From: a virus
Taxonomy: Duplodnaviria; Caudoviricetes
Direction: 5' to 3' (one strand)
IMG/VR virus record: IMGVR_UViG_3300033073_001153
Location: 96,001-160,000 of that record
Length of the DNA: 64,000 nucleotides
The position numbers and the translations under genes are program-made. The notes under the pieces were generated by a model that was not told the origin of the DNA, searched no databases, and was given only the letters and a program-made list of their open reading frames with translations. Positions 42,597-53,000 of this stretch are shown here, piece by piece (position 1 is the first letter of the stretch; each line of letters begins with the position of its first letter).

Positions 42597-43385
42597 TTAG
42601 AATTTTACCACAATTCCCGCAGAAGTCAACCAGAAATCATTCTTTTCACCACGATTAGAATTATTTGTGTTAAAATAAGTTACACCAGTGGTAAGTGCTA
42701 CATTTTTGGTGATAGGTGTAGTAGTGTTTACACCTGCTGAAGTGTAGCCATAGCGTTCACCAGAAGTATAAAAATTCTTATTTCCGAATCCTACTGCTAC
42801 TGGAAAACCAATCTTTGTGGAACAGAGCGACACAGATGGAGATACGCCGACTTCGTAATAATTACCGATTGGTTGTCCTACACGCTTTGTACCGAAGTAA
42901 CCTTTGGCATAAGGATTCAAAGCGAGTGGAGTTAGACCAGTGTCATCGAAATGTAGACCTAGATTAACTCCTTGTGCATCTGGAAACCAGTTCTTATCAC
43001 TATTAACCCATTCATAGGTAGAAGTGAGTGTGACACGATCCTTATTAAAAAGGAGTCCTGCATTATATTCAGAACGAGACAGTCCATTTAGAGGAGATGC
43101 TGTATGAATATTTTGTTTAGTAGAACCAATTACAGAAACGTTCACTCCACCAAGTTCTAGCTTAGTTGGAAAGATTACACCAGCAAATGGTTGGAATACC
43201 GCACTAGAATCGAATACACGACCCTTGTTGATGTAACCAGATGATACTTCTACTCCGATAACACCAGTCACGAATGGATCTGACTTGGTTTCGAGAGGCT
43301 TAGTGTTCTTTGTTGAAGTTCCTGCGAATGACGCAACTGAAGTAGCGAGCAATGCAGCCAATGTTGTTGTTTTTGTTTTATTCAT
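42597..43385 (-). CDS. outer-membrane beta-barrel protein
   Basis: Sec signal, alternating beta-strand pattern, C-terminal Phe; AGTSTK N-terminus resembles Verrucomicrobia OMPs. Confidence 0.7.
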   Translation of the reverse strand: MNKTKTTTLAALLATSVASFAGTSTKNTKPLETKSDPFVTGVIGVEVSSGYINKGRVFDSSAVFQPFAGVIFPTKLELGGVNVSVIGSTKQNIHTASPLNGLSRSEYNAGLLFNKDRVTLTSTYEWVNSDKNWFPDAQGVNLGLHFDDTGLTPLALNPYAKGYFGTKRVGQPIGNYYEVGVSPSVSLCSTKIGFPVAVGFGNKNFYTSGERYGYTSAGVNTTTPITKNVALTTGVTYFNTNNSNRGEKNDFWLTSAGIVVKF

Positions 43386-43885
43386 ATGTTTTATATGTTA
43401 CTTTGGTTTCCTTGATATCTCAAGAAATTTTTAGTTATTTTCCTCCATGTATTTTGAAATTTCTTCGGAATTCATGGCTGAATGTAATCTTACTGATTTG
43501 ATGATATTATGATCTAGAATAATGACAGACAGATTAGGTTCATGATTATGTCCTTCGCCAGTGTTGTGATATACTAGTAGGTCGTAATCTTTTTTATATT
43601 TGTCTTCTTCTTGTTGATCGACATTTTCTCCGGAATCGTGAATTAGTTGTTTATGAATCTTTTTTGGATTTAGAACTAATTCATAGATATAAGAGATTGG
43701 ATAAACTTCTTCGTCATTTACTTTAAAATCTGCTCTCCAGACGGCTTGGAAGAGTGAACCAGCATGAATGTTTTTATCTGGTCTGGATTTTACTCGTGAC
43801 AGAAAATCACCATTAAAAGAACAAGCATGATATACTGTGATATAGTCAGACTTTAAAATTTCGTCGAATGAAGTTTGTCTATCTA

Positions 43886-45322
43886 TCATACTGTGACGCT
43901 ATCGTAACGTTTTACGTTAATCGTGTCAAGCATGACTTGTTCAGGGCTGATAATTTTACCAGATAGAAGAGAAGTAAGGATAGATGGAGAGCAACCAGAA
44001 ACTAAACAAGTACCCGCTTCATCAAAGCGTACTGGAACATGAGTATTTCGTGCGTTCACATTCCAAAAAATTAATTCTGGACGTTCATAACCAGCAGATT
44101 TGTATGCTGCGTCGATATTCTGAAAAATTGTTTTATCTGGATGTTGGCAAGCTTGGTTTATTTCCATGTCGCTAATAATGTAAACCTTACTAGGCATTTC
44201 GGACTGTGGGACATTATTTTCCACGGCAGAATCCAGAACCAAATTAAATACAGATTCTAGATTAGTAGACATTCCCCAATCAGCACTTTGGAGATTACGT
44301 ACTTTTTCTCTGATATTATTTCCAATAACTTTTTGTAGTGTGGGAGTTTCTGAGAAAGTAATAAAGTGATCTTTGAATTGTCCTTTATTACGTTCAGAAA
44401 TGTACATGGCGAGTGAAATCGCCACTGCCATTGGGCGACCACTCATCGATCCACTCACGTCGCAAACTACGATGCCATTAGAATTGTCATTATTCGTGTA
44501 GTCAGGAAGGCTATTCCATAGTACATCGAGAGTAGTAGACTCATCACCGGCAAAACATTTTTCAACAATATCATAGGGGTATAGGGTTCCTGAATTAATA
44601 GTAGTTTTTCCTGATTTTACATCTTGAATGAATTGTTGATAACGAACATGATCATGTTTTTCGAAAGCATCTTTATAATTCAAGGCAGCTTTAGAAGGAA
44701 CTCCCTTGTAATTAATTTCAGACCAGTTATTCGAACACATCTTGCGTTCTACGATATCTAGTTCAGAACGCTTTTGCGAAAGTGTCTTACGATAAGTACG
44801 TGGAGAAATTCCTAGAAAACTACGAATCTCTTCAGCGATTGTACGAGTTTCTTTACTAGAAGTATTGTTTGATGGCATCCATTTTGCGAAAAGTGATGGA
44901 GTTCCTTCACGAAACCATTCACTCTTAATCATTGGAAGAACATTATTCTGCCATACCTTTGTACCCCGTGTGGAATAGAGGTCATCCCAACGTCCAAATT
45001 CAACAACATTCTCTAGATTCTTAATTGCTACTTCGGGATATTCTTTAGATAGCCAATTAAAGATTGTACGAAAAGTTTTACGCTCGCCTTGTCCACCTCT
45101 TACGTCCCTGATGTAGAAGAGTGTCTTAACTGCAAGAAGTGGATCTTCCGCAAATGCTTTAGAGAATAGACCGATTACATCAGCTTCTTCACGAGTACGT
45201 AGAGCAGCACCTAGACCAAAAAAGTCCACAGTATGCTTTAGTGTGGATTTAAGTGCTGCTGCACCGTTTTCAGTGGTGGTGATGTTCTGTTTGTTTTCGA
45301 TGGCGTTTAGTAGTGCGTTCAT
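43886..45322 (-). CDS. TROVE/Ro60-related vWA protein (DUF2828-like)
   Basis: TTENGA, RDVRGGQGER, GRWDDL, AKWMPS, LYPYDIV, MIDAS DVSGSM, ISDME, FWNV, VSG.SP. Confidence 0.85.
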   Translation of the reverse strand: MNALLNAIENKQNITTTENGAAALKSTLKHTVDFFGLGAALRTREEADVIGLFSKAFAEDPLLAVKTLFYIRDVRGGQGERKTFRTIFNWLSKEYPEVAIKNLENVVEFGRWDDLYSTRGTKVWQNNVLPMIKSEWFREGTPSLFAKWMPSNNTSSKETRTIAEEIRSFLGISPRTYRKTLSQKRSELDIVERKMCSNNWSEINYKGVPSKAALNYKDAFEKHDHVRYQQFIQDVKSGKTTINSGTLYPYDIVEKCFAGDESTTLDVLWNSLPDYTNNDNSNGIVVCDVSGSMSGRPMAVAISLAMYISERNKGQFKDHFITFSETPTLQKVIGNNIREKVRNLQSADWGMSTNLESVFNLVLDSAVENNVPQSEMPSKVYIISDMEINQACQHPDKTIFQNIDAAYKSAGYERPELIFWNVNARNTHVPVRFDEAGTCLVSGCSPSILTSLLSGKIISPEQVMLDTINVKRYDSVTV

Positions 45323-45324
45323 AA

Positions 45325-45465
45325 CTAGATAGGTTTTTTATCGGCATGGAGCCGTTCGGTATATTTTTTTGGTTTGCTGTTACTATCTTAAAGAGAACTA
45401 GATGCGGTTTGTTCTGGGGAGAACTTTTGGTTTCATGTAATATGAGGTTTGCAGTTACGCATCTA
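45325..45465 (-). ncRNA. two tandem ACAGCAA-motif hairpins in the TROVE 5' leader (45398-45465, 45325-45389)
   Basis: Same consensus as 42472-42582; the last ends 2 nt before the ATG. Confidence 0.6.
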
Positions 45466-45513
45466 AAATTGATGGTGCTATACTAGCAGAAATTTTAAGG
45501 TTGTCAACGGTTT

Positions 45514-45652
45514 TGATGTGTTTTGTTCCGGAATATTGTCACATCATTCATCGCTCGAACGTGATAGCCACATTCCTATAGCGACTAAGGCTAGTGTTTT
45601 CCATGCAATATCAGAGATACAACTCTAAACTAGCCTAACTCTCTCTGATGCT
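45514..45652 (-). ncRNA. candidate structured RNA, copy B
   Basis: Preceded by TTTACT-N17-TATAGT; 3' module shared with 42262-42301. Confidence 0.45.
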
Positions 45653-45716
45653 GACTACTATAGCATAATAAAATAGGAAGTAAAGATTTTTTTGATCAAA
45701 AAAGATAAATAATAAT

Positions 45717-45791
45717 ATGGGCAAAGGTAATCACGCGCACAGAAAAGAAAAGAAGAAGCCAAAGAAAGATAAGCCTAATCCTAAAAAGTAA
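45717..45791 (+). CDS. 24-aa basic peptide MGKGNHAHRKEKKKPKKDKPNPKK
   Basis: TAAATA just upstream of the ATG; below ORF-track cutoff. Confidence 0.5.
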   Translation: MGKGNHAHRKEKKKPKKDKPNPKK

Positions 45792-46452
45792 AGGTTTATT
45801 AATTACTTTGTGAAATAAATCACACTGTATTTGTCATTCGTTATATTATCTTCGAATGATTTAGGAAAATGTTTTCCTAGATATCTAGTAAACATTTTAA
45901 TATACAATTCTCTTCTTTTGTTCTCTGATTTATCTATTCGGAATGAAATTGCTGATAGATTTTCTATCATTTTTCTATTCATCAAACTATCCATTAGTGA
46001 ATCTTTCAAAGAAGAGAATACTTCAAATGATTCATATTTAACTTCATTTGTTAAATGATTTCTAGCTTCTGAATCGATAAAACTAATTATACAAATTTTA
46101 GAATTTGTGTTTCTTAATTTATTTTTAAGAACTTCAAATTCATTAGCTAGTGTATTATTTCTTTTTTGTTTAGCTAATGTTTCGTTTGAGTTAGCTATTT
46201 CGTAGCTATTATCTGGGTTATAATAAGATATCAAAACACTGAATATTTTTCCAGATTTTGTTTCAATATTGTAATTATGCTCAGTAACTCTACTGTTTTT
46301 AGTTTCTGAGAAAAACTCAAACTTCTCTAGAATAAATAACTGAGAGGACTTTTCATATACAGAGAAAATATATTCCCAATCATTATTAGAACTTTTAGAA
46401 GGTTCGACTAATCCACATTCATTTAATAATGATTGGTAATATAAAGATTCCA

Positions 46453-47526
46453 TTATTCAATATCTTTCATATATTCAGAAGTAGAAGTAGGTTTTATTTG
46501 TTGCTTTTGAGTTTTCTTAGCTTGAAGAAGTTTTTCTAAAGTAGATAATTGTTTATCTTCTTTTTTAGGTTTCTTTTCTTTTTCTTCTAATTCTTTAGCA
46601 ATTTTCTTTTCTTCATCTGTCATTGGAGGAAATTGAAAATCGCTTTCTGCCATATTTTCGACGAAAGAATTTGTTTTGTATTTCATACCATGAACTTTTA
46701 CAAAAATGCTTTTATCATTTTCGATTGTTCCACGGCATTTTAAACAATCAATACATTGTGTTCCGTCGAGATTATATTTACAGAATGTTTCGTCGGTATC
46801 TTTTTCTTCCCAAGTTGGACTGACTCTGAATGTTCTCCAACCTAAACTTTTTGCTTTTACATATTCATCTGGCGTATCTACTGATGCCATGAAGAATTTT
46901 TTATATTCTGGAAATCTTTCCCATTGATGAGTGTAACCAGTAATACGTCCGCCACAAATTTCAGTTAAAAATCTAACCATTTCTAAAGGAATACGTACTG
47001 GTTCACCGTAAGCACCAAAACGGATAGAACTTCCTTCGAATAATCCTTTCCATAATTCTGTGTTTGTTGGTACTCCATTTTCAGAAGGAAGATCTGGATA
47101 CTTTCCTTTTTCAAAAGATTCCCAAACTCTATCTACACCTTGTCCCACATTTACATAACAACTGGTTCCTCTGTGTTTACAGTTAAAACAAACAATAGCA
47201 TCTTGTCCAGTTTTAATTGCAGTACTTGGTTTGACTTCAGAAGGAATAATATAAACCTGAACCATTGGTCCGGTTTTTTCATTTGTACTCGGACTCATTA
47301 ATCCAACTGCTACGCAAACATATTTGCTTCCTCTGTAAATAACAACACCGTTACAATCGGTTTGAGAAGCTTCAGTTAAAAGAGAATTGTATTCTTCTAC
47401 ATAGGATTCTTCTAAATGACATCCACACTGAACACATAATTTATTTTTACTGTGTTTATTATGTGTTTGTCTTTTATTTTGTAAATAAATTTCTGATATG
47501 AGTTCAATATCTTCTTTCTTGTACAT
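46453..47526 (-). CDS. Cys-rich gp88-like / radical-SAM-related phage protein with N-terminal tag
   Basis: NEKTGPMVQ, VCFNCKHRGTSCYV, RFGAYGEP, TGYTHQW, MASVD, GWRTFRV, CIDCLKC. Confidence 0.6.
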   Translation of the reverse strand: MYKKEDIELISEIYLQNKRQTHNKHSKNKLCVQCGCHLEESYVEEYNSLLTEASQTDCNGVVIYRGSKYVCVAVGLMSPSTNEKTGPMVQVYIIPSEVKPSTAIKTGQDAIVCFNCKHRGTSCYVNVGQGVDRVWESFEKGKYPDLPSENGVPTNTELWKGLFEGSSIRFGAYGEPVRIPLEMVRFLTEICGGRITGYTHQWERFPEYKKFFMASVDTPDEYVKAKSLGWRTFRVSPTWEEKDTDETFCKYNLDGTQCIDCLKCRGTIENDKSIFVKVHGMKYKTNSFVENMAESDFQFPPMTDEEKKIAKELEEKEKKPKKEDKQLSTLEKLLQAKKTQKQQIKPTSTSEYMKDIE

Positions 47527-48773
47527 GAAGATATTTACTTCTTTTTCTTAATTCTAGAGAAGAAACCTACACCTTTTGGAAAATTACTAGAATCAAACCA
47601 CGGTCCTTCTTCTCCATCGAGTTGAAAACGAAGATTTTCGTAATCGATCTTGTGTAGATAACGAAGAACGGTTTCGCCTGAATTTGGATAATTCAGATCT
47701 GGAAAATTAACTTTTCCGTTATCACGTGCCACTACATTGCTGATAATAAGTACAGTATCCATTGTTATTTTATAAATTAAATTTTTAAATTAGTCAACTT
47801 TTTCTTTTTCCAAAACATCTACACGATAGATTGAATTTTGTGTTTTAAATCCATAATCGGTAATTTCAGTTACTTTAGAAGTAAAGAATGATCCAGAACA
47901 TTCTACTCCATTTCTTGAAGTTCTTTGTACTAGAACACTAGAACCCACAGTTGGTTCGTTCAATAAATATCCTTCTAACCAATATTCAGTGGGAAGTGAA
48001 ACGTCACCATTATCTTCTCCCGGTTTGTATTGATTGAAATTTGGAGTAGGAACTACGGGATTCTCTACTGCACCTAGTTTTGTAATTTTAACTTTTTTCA
48101 TTCGAACTAATTGTATCTCTTAAATTTTCATTTTCAAGTTTCAAAGATTCGATAGTATTTTCTAAATATTGTACTTCTTGTAATCTCTGAATAGCTTCTC
48201 TTATATAAGAAGAAATTCTTTCAAATCCGTCTAATTCTAGAAGATACACACTTTCTTCTAAGTCCTCTATAATTAAATCAATTTTTCTTCTCATCTGAAA
48301 TAGAAAATGATGGTTCTATTGAATTGTTTAAAATTTCATATGTGCTTTCTATATTAGGAATAGTATATGAAATTTCTTGATTAGGTTCTTCGATGTAAAG
48401 AATAGAAGAAATAATACTGTATAAAGAAATAAAAACAATAAATCGTTTCATGTAGAGATTTATTGTTTTCTTTTGAAAATCAACTAAAATTGATATTTCA
48501 TTCTTAACAACATTACTTCTTTGTTGACTTCATATTCTCTTAGATGTGATGTAACTTTAGAGATTTTATATATTGTATTTTCTATTTCTTTTTTTCGATA
48601 ATGTTCTTTTGGAAAACTCTCCAACATTTGCAAGTGTTCTCCTACATCATCTAAAGAATAAAAACTACGATACAATTCCCATCTTTTTCTTTTTGCTTTT
48701 TTAGAAGCCGAATAGATGTAGTAGATATCGAAAGTTCGTTTCTTTTCTTTTTTAAGATTTTCAATTATGTTCA

Positions 48774-49202
48774 TTATGAATTTTTCCAACTATTTAAAAT
48801 CCAAGAACTAGAATTAGATTTATCTTCACCACCAACTCCAAAAACAAATTCTAAATTATCATCAATAATGTCCATTTCTGGAATATTTGTTTTTGTTCTA
48901 TCACCACCATTAGCAAAAATAATTTTGTCGTCAGGATAATAACTCCTCACATGACGAATGGCATCTTTTGCAGATCCGTCGTCATCGTTAAAACCAAAAC
49001 TCAAATGAACTGGTTTCAAATTTTGTACAATAAAAGACCTTTCATAAAAAGAAAGAAATTCTTTTCCTTTTTTTCTTCGGAGCCATTCATCACTGTTCAC
49101 TCCAACTACTAGTAAATCACCAAGATTTCTAGCAGCATTCAAATACTTAATATGTCCAGAATGAATAGGATCAAAACCACCAGTAGCAATAACAATAATC
49201 AT
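48774..49202 (-). CDS. cytidylyltransferase-like nucleotidyltransferase
   Basis: TGGFDPIHSGH, VGVNSDEWL, FANGGDR, SSS. Confidence 0.85.
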   Translation of the reverse strand: MIIVIATGGFDPIHSGHIKYLNAARNLGDLLVVGVNSDEWLRRKKGKEFLSFYERSFIVQNLKPVHLSFGFNDDDGSAKDAIRHVRSYYPDDKIIFANGGDRTKTNIPEMDIIDDNLEFVFGVGGEDKSNSSSWILNSWKNS

Positions 49203-49207
49203 AATTT

Positions 49208-50008
49208 TTAATACTTCTCCAAGACAAACCCAATAGGATCTAATTGATCACTATAATCAGAATTCTGTTTATATTCAAACCAAATTTTAAATCCGACTTC
49301 TTTAATAAGATTCTTAATTTCTTTCTTACTCATGATCTCTATTCTTTGACCATAGTGATAAGTTTCGCCATTCTCCGGCTTTTTGATGTAGCTAAAAACA
49401 AAACAACCACCGTATGGCAACATCTCGTAAATTTGATTCAAATACTTTGTGATCTGATTAGGAGTTAAATGCTGAAAAACATTACAAGAATAAAAGATGT
49501 TAAATTTTTCTTTGTAGTCTCGTACTTGATCTTTTGTGAAATTGCCATCCGCACCTAACTCAATTACATAATCTTTTCTAGGAATAATATCAAATCCAGT
49601 ATACAGGTCAATATCTAGTCTATGTTTGTCAATGAATAAATCTTCAAAAGATCCGTAACCAAATCCAATCTCAGCTATGTTGATGGCTTTGAATTTTCTT
49701 CTACAATTCATCATCGCAAACTCCATTCCTCCGTACAATCCAAGAAATAAAGGAATAAGATGATTTTTGTAGTTTGCTCCTTCAATGGAATGTGTATCAC
49801 CCAAATCAAAACAACAATTAGCTACAGGATCGGTAGAGAATACTTCATCTGCTGCTTTCCAGAATTCTTTCACATTGATTCTGTCTGGAGACAGTTGCCA
49901 TCCAATAACATCATCTGGACGTTTACCAGAGATTAAACAATTATGATAATCTTTGGCATCTTTCCACCCAACAGATTTCCAAAGATCAATGATTTGATTT
50001 TTTGTCAT
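49208..50008 (-). CDS. class I SAM-dependent methyltransferase
   Basis: IAEIGFGYG, YTGFDI, VFQHL, LPYGG. Confidence 0.7.
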   Translation of the reverse strand: MTKNQIIDLWKSVGWKDAKDYHNCLISGKRPDDVIGWQLSPDRINVKEFWKAADEVFSTDPVANCCFDLGDTHSIEGANYKNHLIPLFLGLYGGMEFAMMNCRRKFKAINIAEIGFGYGSFEDLFIDKHRLDIDLYTGFDIIPRKDYVIELGADGNFTKDQVRDYKEKFNIFYSCNVFQHLTPNQITKYLNQIYEMLPYGGCFVFSYIKKPENGETYHYGQRIEIMSKKEIKNLIKEVGFKIWFEYKQNSDYSDQLDPIGFVLEKY

Positions 50009-53000
50009 ATCAACCCACCCATTTTCTATTAATTTCTTTACTGTTTAGAAAGAAAATAAGTTCTTCATTCTTTTCGGAATACTTTATAGTGAACCGATAA
50101 GGTTTATCAACTTTAAATTGTTTTTTGTCTTCTCGATGCCTTGGAGGATGGTTTGTACATACATTTCCGTCATACTTTTCTAGTTCTTCATCAGCCGCAA
50201 CTGCTTTTAAAGCATCGCCACTTTCACTCCATTCCCACAAATCTCTCAAATATTTTCCATCTCCACAAGAGAATTCAATGTCAAAGTTTTCTTCTATATC
50301 TTCTACCGATCCACAAGCTTTGTGCAATTCAACGTAATCCTCTTCTTGATAAGGAGATAAAGGAAATGATAGATAAATGTCAAGTACGGTAGTTCTACTC
50401 ATGTTTTTTAATCATTTTTCATAGTAATCTTTTGGATCAAATTCTTGTACTTTTCAACTCTCTGCTTTGCTATTATACTGTTTTTGGAACTCTTGAAAAG
50501 CATTAAGTGTTTGCTTCTCGCCTTTTCCATAGAACATTCTGCACATAGAATACAAGTAACAATCAAAATCTGAATAGCTCCATATGCCATCTCTCACATA
50601 TTTGAAAGCATCATAATCTCGAACAGCTACCCATTCTTCGGCTATTGATTGACCAGCTTTCGGTCCTTTATAATCTTCTGGATATTCTTTCATTTGGTAA
50701 TTACTTTTAACTTTTCAATCCAATATTTAGGAGGATCGTATTTGCACTTATAATCAGTGTTTGGATACTCTTTGTCGATTATTGCTTGTGTTTCTTTTTG
50801 CCATTCATCGTAATCTTTCAGCAATTTTTTAATGTGCTTTTCAGCAATTCTTTTGGAAGAACAGATTGCTACATTATATTCATAACTCCAATTCTTTTTT
50901 TTGTGAATGGCGTATATGTTCATTTGTTTCTAGTGCTGTTTGCTTTAATGAATTCGTATTGAGCTAGTGCTTCTTCCTTGGTAGGATGACGCTTCCTAAG
51001 CTTATCAATAACTAATTTAACTTCATTAGGAAGATCCACAGTCATAAACTCGATGCTTGCCTCTGGAGATACTACAGAACCGTTTCGTAGATTTGTGGCA
51101 ACCTGACTCAAAGCATTACGAAGCTTTGTATTCTCCTCTATCAAAGCTTCGTTTTCTTTTAGCAGACTAGAAACTGTATCACTTTCAGCAAATAATTTAG
51201 CTAATTCTGCTCCATCACTATTCGAGTCCATAGGTGTAATTTCAATGTTCATTAAAGTATAGCTGAATGATGTTCAAAATATTCTCTGCCATCCCATTGA
51301 CTAACTCCACAAGCAGAACACTTATTTCCATCAGTAATGTGGGATTTCTTATTTTCTTTGTTACAGAAAATATTATCAATAATTTTTATTTCAACTGTAG
51401 TAGCGTTTTCGAGCTTTTCTTCTAGCTCTTTAATCTTATCTGCTGCACACATAGCCAAACTCCAAGCAGTATGATCACCGACACAAACACCATCAGCTTC
51501 TGTAGCATTAGGAAAGTTCTTTGGATCATCTTTGTAATATGGATAGCCTAATGCTTTGCCTAAGATTTGTTCAATCTCTTCAATCTCTTCTCGATATTTT
51601 CTAAGTTGACCCAATACACCAATTCCTTCTTTATTCATTTTCTTTCTTCAGCTCCTCATACTCCTTAATATCTTCACAGACTGCTTCATATATAGCTTGA
51701 TTAGTAGTTCCGCATTTTAGTTCATCTGCCCACACAAACAACATATCAGCACAAGCTTCCCACTTCTCTCTCAAATAACATTCTTCTGCTAATGCTTTAG
51801 TCAAATCTTGCACTCGATCTGGAATGTTTTCTGGAGTGTGTGTAAAGATGTTACCAAACGGCAATACTCTGAGAGTGTCGTTGATGATCTGCATATACTT
51901 CTCTTCAATAATAGAAGCAATAATATTCACCATCTCTGGAACTTCAAGATACTTTCGGTATCCAGCTTCATCATTAACTTCTTTGATTTTTTGAAGAGTT
52001 AGTTCTTCAAGGTGTTGTCTGTTGAATTTCATTTTTTATAAAAATTGTGTATATCTGTTTTTGGGTTATAATCAAAAACAATGTCGTAATCTTTATTATA
52101 ACCAGTAAAATGATTATCTGGAACTTTTATTCCAGTCAATGTTTCGAATTTTTCTTTTGATATTTCTAATTCTGGATCATGAAACAAAGTTTCTGCACCA
52201 AAAGTCAAATCATCTTGTTTGACAATTTTATAAATTTCATTTCCATCGTCTCCGCAATAATCTATACAATTTCCTACAAATTTATATGTTTCTGAAAGTA
52301 TAAGATTTACCAATTTATCAAATTCCATAAAATTAATTATTCTGTTTCATTTTTCTTTGGCATAGAAGTTATTTGCAGATAACCATTACTACTTTCTAAC
52401 ATTTTACAAATATCTTCAACCTTTTCTTCAACCTCGTATGAACGATGACATTCCATTAAAACATTAGAACCTTTTTCTTTTCCGTACTCTGAAGCTGGTC
52501 CCAATCGACATATGACTGGAGTGAAACCGCAGATCTTGTCTTTGTTGAGATAAAGAGAACCACCTTTTTCAGGTCCATTAGCTATTGTTAGTTTGAGTAG
52601 ATTCATATTAACTAGAAGCAATGTAATCACCAATATACCACAACATTGCAGTGAGTTTGTTGTTGTCTAGCTCTCTGCCTACATATGGATCTAGAATGCC
52701 TCCGATATCATTAGCCAATTCATCTTCAATTTTAAAAATGAAAGCATTAGCAATCTCACTTAGCTTTCTTTTTTGCTCTTCTGTTAGTTCGTAGTTTGAG
52801 CTTCCCATAAATTAATTATCATATTATTTCACACAATTACAAGAAGTACCAGCTACGTACTTAATAAATTTTGCATGTAGATAAAAACCTCCACATGCAA
52901 TTACAACTAAACACGTTACAATAAACAATTTCTCTATTAGTTTTTCCATATCCATAATTTTAATCTTTTAAAGCTTCAATTGCTACATTATATATCTCAG

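Noticed and set aside
45514-45652. RNase P RNA, hammerhead ribozyme or guanidine-III riboswitch
   Set aside because: GATGAATG...ACAAAAC recalls RNase P but GAGGAAAGUCC and CGGCUUA are absent; no CUGANGA/GAAA core; the guanidine-III likeness is only topological and no transporter gene follows
45717-45791. Ribosomal protein bTHX
   Set aside because: Only the MGKG start matches; the RGKI..G.YG core is missing
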